Source of the DNA: a virus
Taxonomy: Duplodnaviria; Caudoviricetes
Length of the DNA stretch: 61,969 nucleotides
Reading direction: 5' to 3' (one strand)
IMG/VR virus record: IMGVR_UViG_3300015242_000003
Location: 1 to 61,969 of that record
The position numbers and the translations under genes are program-made. Under the pieces are notes generated by a model, which saw only the letters and a program-made list of their open reading frames with translations, had not been told where the DNA came from and did no database searches. This document shows positions 39,759 to 49,657 of this stretch, piece after piece; position 1 is the stretch's first letter, and every line of letters starts with the position of its first letter.

Positions 39759-40757
39759 ATGGTAGCACAACGGATCCCGATGCTTCGGAATTCCGAACGC
39801 AAGGACTTCAAAAGGTGCCCCCAGAGGTGGTGGTGGGGGTGGCGGGAGGGCCTGAAGAAGCAGGGGCCGCCGAACGATAAATTGTGGTTCGGCGAGGGGA
39901 TGCACCTTGCCTTGGCACTCTGGTACATTCCCGGGATGAAGCGTGGTGTCGACCCGCGAAAGACGTGGCGGAAGTTCGCGAAGGACGACATCAAATTTAT
40001 CAAAACCGAGTACGCGAAGGAATACGATCCGGCAAAATATGAGGATGCCGCGACGTTTGGCGAAGAGTTGCTCACGAACTACCTCGACCACTGGGGACGC
40101 GATCGGTCTTGGGACGTTATCGCACCCGAGCAGCGGTTCGAAGTGCTCGTTCCGGACCACAACGGCAAGCCGGTTGTCCGCTTGTTCGGCACGTTTGACG
40201 GGGTGTATCGCGACCTGGACGATGGCAATCGGCCGAAGCTGATGGAGCATAAGACGGCCGCCGCGATCTACACCGGGCATCTCGAGCTAGACGAACAGGG
40301 CGGCACATACGTTACGGTCGCTACGCACACCTGTCGCGAACAAGGGTTGATTGGACCGAACGAAACCATAGAAGAGATCACCTACAACTTCCTGCGCAAG
40401 GGCAAGAAAGACGATCGGCCGACGAACGAGAAGGGGCAGAGCTTGAACAAAGACGGCACGATCTCGAAGAGCCAGCCCTCCCCGCTATTCGTTCGACTGC
40501 CAATTACCCGTTCTCGGAGCGAGCAACAAACGCAGTTGCGCCGCATCGCGGAAGAAGTAGAGTCGATGAATGACTTTCGACGTGGCGATCGGGAGCTGTG
40601 GAAAAACCCAACAAGGGATTGCTCGTGGGACTGCGACTTCTACGAGATGTGCCTCCTGCACGAGAGCAACCCTGAGGATGCCGACGAGTTCAAAAACATG
40701 GTCTTCCGAGTACAAAACCCGTACGCGGACCACCTGCGGAAAACCGCAGCTACATAG
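39759..40757 (+). CDS. Cas4/RecB-like PD-(D/E)xK exonuclease
   Basis: FKRCPQRW, GTFDGV, MEHKT, CSWDCDFYEMC. Confidence 0.88.
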   Translation: MVAQRIPMLRNSERKDFKRCPQRWWWGWREGLKKQGPPNDKLWFGEGMHLALALWYIPGMKRGVDPRKTWRKFAKDDIKFIKTEYAKEYDPAKYEDAATFGEELLTNYLDHWGRDRSWDVIAPEQRFEVLVPDHNGKPVVRLFGTFDGVYRDLDDGNRPKLMEHKTAAAIYTGHLELDEQGGTYVTVATHTCREQGLIGPNETIEEITYNFLRKGKKDDRPTNEKGQSLNKDGTISKSQPSPLFVRLPITRSRSEQQTQLRRIAEEVESMNDFRRGDRELWKNPTRDCSWDCDFYEMCLLHESNPEDADEFKNMVFRVQNPYADHLRKTAAT

Positions 40758-40765
40758 GAGCAAGT

Positions 40766-40990
40766 ATGGCGAATAAGAACTGGCTGTTCACGGTCGTATA
40801 TCAGTCGCCCGAGGATGCCCATCTCACGCCCGCGAAGCGTGGAGAAGAGAAGGTCGAGGTCAACTCGACTTCCGCGAACCGGGCCTTGTCGAAGGCGAAG
40901 AAGGAGATTCTCGAAGACTGGGAAGGCCTCGAGGCTCGGAACCTTGTCATCCTGGACGTCTACCGCACCATCCGATATGAGGAGATCTGA
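40766..40990 (+). CDS. hypothetical protein
   Basis: AGGAG RBS. Confidence 0.6.
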   Translation: MANKNWLFTVVYQSPEDAHLTPAKRGEEKVEVNSTSANRALSKAKKEILEDWEGLEARNLVILDVYRTIRYEEI

Positions 40991-40991
40991 T

Positions 40992-41237
40992 ATGGAATAT
41001 GCTAAGGCGAAGAGCGATTCTCCGGTTCGATCCAGCAACATTGACATGGTTGGTGCGAACAACGAAGCTATCAGCGAGGTGCTCGAGCGCGCCATGGGGT
41101 ACGTAAAGGAGCACACCAACGAGGCGATGCGCCATCAGGAACTCGCTAAGGAGCATTTCCGGGTTGCGGAGATGTGGGCCCAGGTGCTGAGCGGAACGTC
41201 GGCAGAGTTGGGTGACCTACCCGATATCGACCGCTGA
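40992..41237 (+). CDS. hypothetical protein
   Basis: GAGGAG RBS; coupled to the next gene. Confidence 0.55.
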   Translation: MEYAKAKSDSPVRSSNIDMVGANNEAISEVLERAMGYVKEHTNEAMRHQELAKEHFRVAEMWAQVLSGTSAELGDLPDIDR

Positions 41238-42055
41238 TGGCAGGCGCACGGGCGAAGTCCGGCATCATCGCGCTTGCCGACTATGACGAATCCGTAAACA
41301 TGCTGGTCTATGGCGACTCTGGGATCGGCAAGACTGTGTTCGGCGGTACGGCGGCAAGCGGCCTGATCCTTGGACTCGAGGCGGGCGTAATCTCCGCGAA
41401 ACGGCAAGGGAGCACCTGCGACCTTTGGCCGGTGGAGCAATGGGAGGATGTGCAGAACTGCTATACCTGGGTGCGAGACAACCCAGGGAAGTACAAGTGG
41501 CTCGTGATCGACTCAATTACCGACATGCAGGAAAAGCTGTTGCGTTACATCCTGGACAAGGCAATGGAGGAGAACAAGTCGCGGGATCCGGATATCCCAG
41601 CAATTCAGGATCACCAAAAGTGGCAGAACATGCTGAAGAGGTTCGTCAACTTGTTCAATGATCTGCCTATCAACGTGTGCTACACCGCTTTGGAGATGAA
41701 GCGCGAGAACGAGGAGGCGGAAGACATCGTGCTACCGCTTCTGCTCGGGAAGGACTACGAGATCTCGCAGACCATTTGCGGCAAGATGCACGTCGTCGGG
41801 CGGATGAGCGATAAGGTTATTGGGTCTGGTGACGAACGGAAGAAGGTGCGTCGGATTCAGTTCGAGCACATCTCGCCGTACTTCGCGAAAGATCGCTACG
41901 ATTGCCTTCCGCGCTACATGGCGGCACCAACCATCCCGAAGATCGAGAAACTGATCAACGATAGTGGCGGTCTGAAAACCGCGACAGCTACCCAGCCGCG
42001 CACACGCACGGCAGGGACCCGGAGGGCCGGCTCGCGCCGGACAACAGGAAGGTAG
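41237..42055 (+). CDS. AAA_24/Sak4-like ATPase (single-strand annealing)
   Basis: YGDSGIGKT, LVIDSIT, YFAKDR; lies between the nuclease and SSB-like genes. Confidence 0.85.
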   Translation: MAGARAKSGIIALADYDESVNMLVYGDSGIGKTVFGGTAASGLILGLEAGVISAKRQGSTCDLWPVEQWEDVQNCYTWVRDNPGKYKWLVIDSITDMQEKLLRYILDKAMEENKSRDPDIPAIQDHQKWQNMLKRFVNLFNDLPINVCYTALEMKRENEEAEDIVLPLLLGKDYEISQTICGKMHVVGRMSDKVIGSGDERKKVRRIQFEHISPYFAKDRYDCLPRYMAAPTIPKIEKLINDSGGLKTATATQPRTRTAGTRRAGSRRTTGR

Positions 42056-42061
42056 TTCCGA

Positions 42062-43069
42062 ATGCCGAAGGCGACATGGGGAAATATCGAAGGCAACCCC
42101 TTCGAGGATGACCTCGAAGACTATGACGTTTATGATGGCGAGATGCCGCCGAAGGGCGTCTACCGCTGCACGCTCAAGTTCCTGCGGCTGAAGGAGAACT
42201 CGAACGGCGACCCGATGCTGAACGGCCTGCTCGTTATCAATGAGCCGAAGGGATCGAAGAAGTCCCAGTACAACGGATACGACTTCTGGTTCAACCAGAA
42301 CGTCACGAAGCAGGGTGCGCCGTACCTGAACAACTTCCTTTCGGCCCTCGTCTCGGAAGACAAGGTGCCCGCGCTCCGGAAGGCGTTCTGGGGACAGAAG
42401 GTCATGCTCGACAAGAACGAGCCCCCGAACGTCGTGTCGATCGGCACACTCAAGCTGCTCGACAAGACGCCTCTCGTCGCCGTGAACACGAAACTCAAGA
42501 CGTACAACGGCGACGTCTCGCTGGACGTGTCGAAGTTCATGCGTCCGAAGGACGAGGACCTGGGCACCGATGCACCCGTGGAGGACGAGGAGGAGTGGGT
42601 CGAGGAGCCCGACGCCGACGCCGACGCACCTGAGTCCGAGGGCGAGGGCGACGAGGAGTTGGCGGAGCGCGAGGAGGAGCTGTCAGAGATGACACTCGCC
42701 GAGCTGAAGAAGATCGCACGCGGCGAACTCGGCATGAAGCTGGCGGAGGTGAAGGGTCTCGACGAGGAGGGGCTCATCGACGCCATCCTGGAGCGTGAGT
42801 TCCCGGAGGGTGATGACGAGCCCGACGAGCCCGAGGAGGACGAGGAGGACGAGGAGGACGAGGAGGAAGAGGAAGAGCTGGAGGACGAGGACGAGGAAGA
42901 CGACGAGGAGGTCGAGCCCGAGCCCCCGAAGCGCACGCGTCGGTCGGCTGTTCCTGCTCCTGCGGCCCGTCAGGGGCGTTCGGCTACTCCTGCTGCCGAG
43001 GAGGCCCCGGCCCGCGCTCGGACCGGTACGCGGCGTCGTAAGGCCGCTGCCGGGGATCCTCCGTTCTGA
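42062..43069 (+). CDS. ssDNA-binding-like protein with a long acidic tail
   Basis: PPKGVY...NSNGDPML OB-fold-like N-terminus, D/E tracts, ends DPPF. Confidence 0.7.
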   Translation: MPKATWGNIEGNPFEDDLEDYDVYDGEMPPKGVYRCTLKFLRLKENSNGDPMLNGLLVINEPKGSKKSQYNGYDFWFNQNVTKQGAPYLNNFLSALVSEDKVPALRKAFWGQKVMLDKNEPPNVVSIGTLKLLDKTPLVAVNTKLKTYNGDVSLDVSKFMRPKDEDLGTDAPVEDEEEWVEEPDADADAPESEGEGDEELAEREEELSEMTLAELKKIARGELGMKLAEVKGLDEEGLIDAILEREFPEGDDEPDEPEEDEEDEEDEEEEEELEDEDEEDDEEVEPEPPKRTRRSAVPAPAARQGRSATPAAEEAPARARTGTRRRKAAAGDPPF

Positions 43070-43252
43070 TCGGCTAGCGTGGATGGCCACATAAGAACTA
43101 GAGATATGACACTGGGCTAGTTGGGTGTCTGTAGGCTGCAGATATCTCTGGTCGCTAGGTGAGTAGCGGGAGGTCGGTACAACCGGCCTTCCGTTGCTCG
43201 TTCCCCACGTGTACACTCATGCCAAGGCTTCTAAACGGAGGAGGAAGCCCTC

Positions 43253-43819
43253 TTGTTAACTCTCATGCCCAACATCGGGTTTTTCAAGTCGCTTCGCCAA
43301 CTTGACGACGATCGGTTGAGCAAGCAGCGGCAAGACGCACTCGCCGCATTGCAACTTTTACTGGGCCCCAAAACGAAAATTCGCCACGCCATTATGGATA
43401 TGTGGGGCGGGTACGAATATGTTCTTGGGGTCTACGGGATGTCCGCGTGCAGCGAGTGGCAGAACAAGCGTGGCAATCGGGACAAAATCGCGTTCGATAT
43501 CCATGCACTCCTGGATGGGCTGCCGAAGGAATTCGACGTGCCGCCCTGGATGGGTGATCTCGATTTCCACCGTTCACACCGCTCCTATCTGATCCGGAAG
43601 ATGCCAGAGGTCTACGAAGAGTATTGGCCGAATACACCCCTGAACATGCCGTTACTCTGGCCGAAGCTCACCGACGCGGACCCTCGCGGCTACTTCCTGC
43701 GCCCATCAACCCTGGGCGATCGGCAGCTCCATAGCGGAGAGCGCGAATTGCCAGAATGGCTGCATTACAATAAGCTCACGCGTGAAGTAATCAACCTGGA
43801 GGAAGAGGAAGAGCAATGA
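43253..43819 (+). CDS. pyrimidine dimer DNA glycosylase-like protein (MSMEG_6728 / DenV-like)
   Basis: LDDDRLSKQR...MWGGYE...PPWMGD..FHRSHRSYLIRK. Confidence 0.8.
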   Translation: MLTLMPNIGFFKSLRQLDDDRLSKQRQDALAALQLLLGPKTKIRHAIMDMWGGYEYVLGVYGMSACSEWQNKRGNRDKIAFDIHALLDGLPKEFDVPPWMGDLDFHRSHRSYLIRKMPEVYEEYWPNTPLNMPLLWPKLTDADPRGYFLRPSTLGDRQLHSGERELPEWLHYNKLTREVINLEEEEEQ

Positions 43820-44025
43820 GCGAGGTAGAGCAGAAGCTCTGGAAGCAAGGCGACCGTGTCCGGGTCAAGCCTGGGTACCACGACCTGATCCCAGAGCAGG
43901 CCGGCACGGTTATCGTTGTCGATAAGAACAGTTCTTTCCGTCCGTTCTGTGTAGAGTTTGACGGTGCTGAGTCTAGAGATCAGGGTCGCCTTTGGGCCTG
44001 GGGTCATGAACTGGAGGCAGAGTGA
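43816..44025 (+). CDS. small SH3-like protein
   Basis: KQGDRVRV...GTVI...VEFD. Confidence 0.6.
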   Translation: MSEVEQKLWKQGDRVRVKPGYHDLIPEQAGTVIVVDKNSSFRPFCVEFDGAESRDQGRLWAWGHELEAE

Positions 44026-44828
44026 GGCAGCGAGTTGCGATTCTCGGTTCCGGGCCGGCTGGGCTGTTGGCCGCGCATGCGGCCACGCTCCACGGATTCG
44101 AACTAACGATTATCTCGGCTAATCCTGGACCCTCGAAATTGTACGGAGCCCAGTATCTGCACGCGGCGATTCCGGAGATCCCGCACGTGCCGCCCGTGCA
44201 GATCTCGGTTGAGTTGCGTGGCACAGCGGACGACTACCGCGAGAAGGTCTACGGCGCGGACTACAAGGGGCCGGTCTCGCCACAGGTACTTTCGGGCGGC
44301 CACCTCGGGTGGGATATTCGGCAGGCATACGCTTGGCTCTGGGATCGGTACGGGGGCCAGATCGACAGTTTCCGGTTCACTGCCATTGACTTTGCCGACT
44401 TGGCGAAGGAGAAGTACTACGACTACGTATTCTCGTCGATCCCTCTCGTTAAGGTCTGCGGGGATGTCGCGCACGAGTTCTCGTCGCAGCACGTCTACGC
44501 GATCGGCGACGCGCAGGATCTCGGGATCGAGTGTCCTGTTCGAACCGAACCCAACATGATTCGGTATGACGGGACGAAAGATACATCCTGGTACCGGGCA
44601 TCAAATATCTTCGGACATGGTACGGCAGAGTGGCCCGCGAGGAAGAAGCCGCCGATCTCAAGACTCGCTGTCGTGTCGAAGCCTCTCAGCACAACCTGTA
44701 CGTGTGGACCGAATATCGTTCGAATCGGAAGGTATGGAAGATGGAAGAAGGGCGTACTTGCCCACACTGCTTTCGAGCAGGTCGAGGGGATCCTAAGAGG
44801 AACAGGTGTGCAAGGTGCGCTCTTCTAA
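44022..44828 (+). CDS. FAD/NAD(P)-dependent oxidoreductase
   Basis: VAILGSGPAGLLAA Rossmann motif; C-terminal RIGRYGRW. Confidence 0.82.
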   Translation: MRQRVAILGSGPAGLLAAHAATLHGFELTIISANPGPSKLYGAQYLHAAIPEIPHVPPVQISVELRGTADDYREKVYGADYKGPVSPQVLSGGHLGWDIRQAYAWLWDRYGGQIDSFRFTAIDFADLAKEKYYDYVFSSIPLVKVCGDVAHEFSSQHVYAIGDAQDLGIECPVRTEPNMIRYDGTKDTSWYRASNIFGHGTAEWPARKKPPISRLAVVSKPLSTTCTCGPNIVRIGRYGRWKKGVLAHTAFEQVEGILRGTGVQGALF

Positions 44829-45438
44829 TGGAAAGCGACCCGTTATCGCTCTCGACATCGACGGGACTCTCGGAAATTATCACGCGCACTTTATCACCTT
44901 CGCGGAAGCCTGGACCGGGCGAGCGCTCCCGGATCCTCTCGATATCAATCCCGGGATCCCTCTCCACAAGCACCTCGGTTTGGGCAAGGCGACGTACCGC
45001 GCATGCAAACTGGCATATCGACAAGGTGGAATGAAACGGAGTATGCCCGTCTACCCGCACGCGGCGGAGCTAACGAAGAACTTGCGCCGTGCGGGAGCCG
45101 AAGTCTGGATCTGTACGACTCGGCCTTACCTTCGACTCGACAACATCGACCCCGACACAAGGCATTGGCTACGGCGGCACGGCATTCAATATGACGGGGT
45201 GTTGTTTGGCGAGAACAAGTATCGCGAACTCGTTAAGCGCGTCGATCGCAAACGGGTTGTCGCGGTTCTCGACGATCTTATGGCGATGGTAGGACAGGCA
45301 CAGGGGCTCGGGTTGCCCGCGTACCTGCGAGACCAGCCGTACAACCAGTACGTCAGCAACACATATCGAATCCACGACCTCAAAGAGGCAGAAGTCTTCT
45401 TCTGGAACCTCATCCAGCAATGGAAAGCGAACCAATGA
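44806..45438 (+). CDS. HAD-family phosphatase (5'-nucleotidase-like)
   Basis: ALDIDGTL, CTTRP, VLDD. Confidence 0.85.
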   Translation: MCKVRSSNGKRPVIALDIDGTLGNYHAHFITFAEAWTGRALPDPLDINPGIPLHKHLGLGKATYRACKLAYRQGGMKRSMPVYPHAAELTKNLRRAGAEVWICTTRPYLRLDNIDPDTRHWLRRHGIQYDGVLFGENKYRELVKRVDRKRVVAVLDDLMAMVGQAQGLGLPAYLRDQPYNQYVSNTYRIHDLKEAEVFFWNLIQQWKANQ

Positions 45439-45776
45439 AAGAGCAGCGGACTGAAATAGCCGAGAACATTCGAAAAGCTAGCATCAAATATGAATTCCCG
45501 ACCTTACAGTCAGCTCGGGTATTCGAAGAGGTTTTGCCGGATGTCGCGGACCTCTTCTTGGAGAAGAACAAGGACTATGGCGATGCTGCGGTGCACCTCG
45601 GTGCGAAGGGGCAGTTCGCCGATATGAATCGGAAGTTCTGGAAGATGAAGTCTGCTCTTTGGGACGGCAAGAAATTGTCTGGCGAGCCGATCGAAGAAGT
45701 CGTACGGGACATGATCGGGCATTGCCTACTCACCCTGCTTTTCCTGCTCGAGGAGACTGAGGAGCCTTTCAAATGA
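45435..45776 (+). CDS. Nmad1/DUF1599-like all-helical nucleotide-modification-associated protein
   Basis: LFLEKNKDYG...NRKFWKMK...EPIEEVVRDMIGH. Confidence 0.7.
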   Translation: MKEQRTEIAENIRKASIKYEFPTLQSARVFEEVLPDVADLFLEKNKDYGDAAVHLGAKGQFADMNRKFWKMKSALWDGKKLSGEPIEEVVRDMIGHCLLTLLFLLEETEEPFK

Positions 45777-46438
45777 ACACCCTCATTATCGGTGGGAACT
45801 CGGGCATCGGACAGGCGATCGGCGATCGGTTGATGCAGATTGGCGAGCAGACATATAGACCGACCGAAGAGCGTCTCGATGTGCGGGACTTCCTTTCGAT
45901 CCGAAAGTGGTTCGCGGACCACGAGTTCCCTGACTCGATCGTGTACAGCGCGGGGGTCAATTACCCGGAGATGCTTGGTGACGTTGGGATGGCCAATCTG
46001 TTCAACACCTACGCCATCAACGTGCTCGGGTTTATCGAGATCATGAACGAGGTGGCTCGACAAGAGAAGCGGGTGTCGGTTCTCGCGATCGTCTCCGACT
46101 CGGCCCACACCGCGATGCGCGGGAGCATCGCGTACGCCTCGTCGAAAGCCGCTATGCAGCACGCCATTAAGTGTGCCGCCCGCGAACTCGCGCCCCGCGT
46201 CCGGGTGAACGGGATCTCCCCCAGCATGGTCGAGGGCACCCCAATGACGGCGCATGTTGACAACGTTATCCCGAAGATCCGGGGCTGGTCGCCCGAGCGA
46301 GCCCGCGCGTACGAGAACAGCATGTCGCCGTCCGGCCGACGCTGTACGACAGAAGAGGTGGCACAGCTCGCGGTAGACCTACTCCTCGGGCCCGAGTTCT
46401 TGACGGGTGCGATCGTTCCTCTCACCGGAGGCAAGTAA
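45773..46438 (+). CDS. short-chain dehydrogenase/reductase
   Basis: GGNSGIG, SAG, YASSK (YxxxK), RVNGISP. Confidence 0.9.
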   Translation: MNTLIIGGNSGIGQAIGDRLMQIGEQTYRPTEERLDVRDFLSIRKWFADHEFPDSIVYSAGVNYPEMLGDVGMANLFNTYAINVLGFIEIMNEVARQEKRVSVLAIVSDSAHTAMRGSIAYASSKAAMQHAIKCAARELAPRVRVNGISPSMVEGTPMTAHVDNVIPKIRGWSPERARAYENSMSPSGRRCTTEEVAQLAVDLLLGPEFLTGAIVPLTGGK

Positions 46439-46450
46439 GGGGTTTGGCGC

Positions 46451-49400
46451 GTGAAGTATGTAAGTCTCCATCACCATTCCACTTATTCATATAAGGATGG
46501 GTTCGGCATGCCGAAGGAGCATGTCGAGCGGGCCGCTGATCTCGGGATGTCCGCGCTAGCGCATACAGAGCATGGCAATACCAGCTCTCATGTTCAGCTA
46601 GAACGAGAGGCGAACCTAGCCGGCATTAAGCCGCTGTTCGGTTGCGAGATGTACACGGCGGCCGAGCAGATCCAGGCGAAATGGCACCTTACGGTGCTCG
46701 CGGAAACTCAGCCAGGCTACCAGAACTTGAATCGGCTCGTCTCCCGCACCTGGGCTGAGGGGTTCTACTACTGGCCTACGGCATCCGGAGTGATGCTCCG
46801 AGACCACGCGGACGGTCTGCTGGTGCTGTCCGGGTGCGCGGACTCGCTCTTGAGTTGCACGTTGCTTGGCGGCAAGTCGAACGGGCCGAAGCGGGAGACA
46901 GCATCGCGTTGGCACCTGGATGCGGCCGAGCAAGTCGTGCGCAAGTTTCAAGATCTGTTTGGTGACGCTTACTACCTGGAGACTCAGCAATTTCCCGAGC
47001 TGCAACGTACTCGGACACTCAACCCGATTCTCGCCGAGTTGTCGCGGCGGACCGGCGTGCCACTCGTTGCGACGTCCGATGTGCATTACCCATTCCCAGA
47101 CGATAACGAGATGCAGAAGATCCTGCACGCGGCTGGTCGTGGAACTGGATCGGTTGAAGAGCAGGAAGCGACCTGGGAATACGATATCCGGCTCACCTTC
47201 CCGACCTCGGACCGGGCGATCTTAGATCGTCTCGTCACAACAGGACTGACTAGGAAGCAAGCGCAACAAGCAGTCGCCTCGACGGGCGAGATCGCCGATC
47301 GTTGCACGGTCGTACTGCCGAAGAATGAGCGGATCCGTTTCCCGCTGCCTGGGGGTTATGCCTCCACAAGCGAATTGATTTGGGATTGGCTTCGCGAAGG
47401 CTGGAGCTTCCGGTTCGCGGAGAACAAGCACATGCGCAAGCGGGCCGACGAGTACGTGACTCGGATGCGATATGAGATGGGCCTTGTGGAAGGCAAGGAC
47501 TTCCTAGATTACTTCCTGACGCTCTCCTATCTCGTCCGATGGGCGAAGGGGAACGGCATCGCGGTCGGACCGGCTCGCGGTAGTGCCGCCGCCTCGCTCG
47601 TCTGCTACCTCCTCCGGATCACAGAGGTCGATCCGATGCAATTCCCGACGATGATGTTTGAGAGATTCGTCGACGCGACCCGTGAAGATCTCCCGGACGT
47701 AGACCTCGACTTCGCTGACGATCGGCGGCACGAGGTGGTAGCGGAAGCCGGCCGAGTGTTCGGGAAGGATCATGTCGGGCAACTCGGGAACTTCGTTAAG
47801 TACCGTGGCAAGAATAGCATTAACGACGTAGCCCGCGTCTACCGGATCCCGAAGTTCGAAGTCCAACCTGCCCTCGACCTGATTATCGAGCGCTCGGGCG
47901 GTGACTCTCGGCTGGACTCTTCGCTCGAAGACACGATCTCCACCTTCCCGCAAGCTGCGGAGGTGTTCGAGAAGCATCCCCAGATGCACGCTGCGTTGCG
48001 CCTCGAGGGCAACATGTCGGGTTTCTCTGTGCACGCGTGCGGAATCGTTATCTCGAACGATCCGATTACCGACACCTGCGCGGTCTACGAACGGGAAATC
48101 GGCAAGGACAAGCATCGCGTTTCAGTTGTGGCATATGACAAGAAAGACGCCCAATATCTTGGGATGCTGAAGGCTGATTTCCTCGGGCTCTCGAATATGG
48201 GCATGATAAATATCGCGCTCGACCTAATCGGCATGAAACTGGAAGAGCTGTACCGGGTGCCGCTTGACGACCCGAAGACGATGGAGGGATTTCGGACCAA
48301 TGATGTCGTCGGCATCTTCCAATTCGAAGGACGAGCGACTCGGCTCGTTTGCCGCGAAGTAAAGCCAGACAACTTTATGGAGATCGCAGACATCAACGCG
48401 CTGTCTCGGCCGGGGCCGCTCTTCTCGGGCACGAAGACGCGGTACGTGAACGTTAAGCATGGGCACGCGGAAGTCGACCACTTGCATCCCCTCATCGACG
48501 ATATGACCAAGGACACCAAATACCAGATTGTCTACCAAGAGCAGGTGCTCGCGATTATTCGCGTAATCGGTGGGTTCCCAGTTACTAAGGTCGCGGACAT
48601 CCGGAAAATCATCTCCCAGAAACTTGGCGAGGCATCTTTCAACAAGATGGTAGACGCGTTTTGCGATGGGGCCCTAGAGCTGCATGGCATTAAGCGGGAC
48701 CTCGCGATGCGCATCTGGAAATATCTAGTTACCAGCGCAACGTATTCATTCAACGTGGCGCACAGCGTTTCTTACAGCATGTTGGCGTTCTGGAACATGT
48801 GGCTAAAGCAGCATCACCCGCTCGAGTTCTACACCGCGACGTTGCGCAAGGTTGATGGCGGCAAGTGGAAAGACAAGGGCCCGCGCCTGTTGCGCGACGC
48901 ACAACGCAGAGGGGTGAAGATCCTTCCGCCCGATCCGGAGGAAAGCTCCGGTTCCTGGGTTCCAGCTCGCGAGAAAAATGCGATCCGGGCCGGATTCGAG
49001 CAAGTTCCGGGTATCGGAGAGCGCACTGCATCGGCTATGCTCGAGTACCGGTCGGACGTTGCGAGGCTGAGTCCGAACGCTTCGCTCGACTGGAGCGACT
49101 ACACGGCAGTTCGCGGAATTGGCGACAAGACGATGGAGAAGATCCAGGACTTCGCAACTAGCGACGATCCGTTTGAACTGGATCTCGTCGGCAAGATCCT
49201 TCGCGAGTACCGGATCGGCCTGAAAGATCAATTTGGATTCTGGAGGGGATTCCCGAAGCCGACACATACTGGTGAACAGATGGTTGATCTGGCCGACAAC
49301 AGCCGCGTGGTCTGGATCGGAGTCGCGAAGCTTGTGGAGTACAAGGACCTGATCGAGGACCAGCGCGCTCGTTTCGGCACCAGCGAAGAAGAGATTCGGG

Positions 49401-49657
49401 CCAATATCAAGAACAGCCACTTGCAGAAGTGGGCCACTATTCACGCGTATGACGACAGCGAGGAAGAGGTCTACCTCCGTTTCGACCGATACCAGTTCCC
49501 GAAGTTCAAGGCTGGGCTCGAAGGAATCCGACCGAACGCTGATGTCCTTCTGGTAATTGGCGAGAAGAAGAAGGGCTTCGGCAATTCGGTCAAGGTAAAG
49601 AATATGGCTATTATCAACCCTGATGAACCTGACGAAGGAGAGAGTGATGATGAATAG
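46451..49657 (+). CDS. dnaE: DNA polymerase III alpha subunit-like
   Basis: PHP motif HHHSTYS, GPARGSAAAS, PDVDLDF, KADFLGL, YSFNVAH. Confidence 0.96.
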   Translation: MKYVSLHHHSTYSYKDGFGMPKEHVERAADLGMSALAHTEHGNTSSHVQLEREANLAGIKPLFGCEMYTAAEQIQAKWHLTVLAETQPGYQNLNRLVSRTWAEGFYYWPTASGVMLRDHADGLLVLSGCADSLLSCTLLGGKSNGPKRETASRWHLDAAEQVVRKFQDLFGDAYYLETQQFPELQRTRTLNPILAELSRRTGVPLVATSDVHYPFPDDNEMQKILHAAGRGTGSVEEQEATWEYDIRLTFPTSDRAILDRLVTTGLTRKQAQQAVASTGEIADRCTVVLPKNERIRFPLPGGYASTSELIWDWLREGWSFRFAENKHMRKRADEYVTRMRYEMGLVEGKDFLDYFLTLSYLVRWAKGNGIAVGPARGSAAASLVCYLLRITEVDPMQFPTMMFERFVDATREDLPDVDLDFADDRRHEVVAEAGRVFGKDHVGQLGNFVKYRGKNSINDVARVYRIPKFEVQPALDLIIERSGGDSRLDSSLEDTISTFPQAAEVFEKHPQMHAALRLEGNMSGFSVHACGIVISNDPITDTCAVYEREIGKDKHRVSVVAYDKKDAQYLGMLKADFLGLSNMGMINIALDLIGMKLEELYRVPLDDPKTMEGFRTNDVVGIFQFEGRATRLVCREVKPDNFMEIADINALSRPGPLFSGTKTRYVNVKHGHAEVDHLHPLIDDMTKDTKYQIVYQEQVLAIIRVIGGFPVTKVADIRKIISQKLGEASFNKMVDAFCDGALELHGIKRDLAMRIWKYLVTSATYSFNVAHSVSYSMLAFWNMWLKQHHPLEFYTATLRKVDGGKWKDKGPRLLRDAQRRGVKILPPDPEESSGSWVPAREKNAIRAGFEQVPGIGERTASAMLEYRSDVARLSPNASLDWSDYTAVRGIGDKTMEKIQDFATSDDPFELDLVGKILREYRIGLKDQFGFWRGFPKPTHTGEQMVDLADNSRVVWIGVAKLVEYKDLIEDQRARFGTSEEEIRANIKNSHLQKWATIHAYDDSEEEVYLRFDRYQFPKFKAGLEGIRPNADVLLVIGEKKKGFGNSVKVKNMAIINPDEPDEGESDDE

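Noticed and set aside
39759-40757. Cas4-like gene as part of a CRISPR-Cas system
   Set aside because: No array or other cas genes; the nuclease-ATPase-SSB order is a standard phage recombination module
42810-42910. GAGGAGGAC tandem repeats as a CRISPR array or microsatellite
   Set aside because: They encode the Asp/Glu tail of the SSB-like protein and have no spacers
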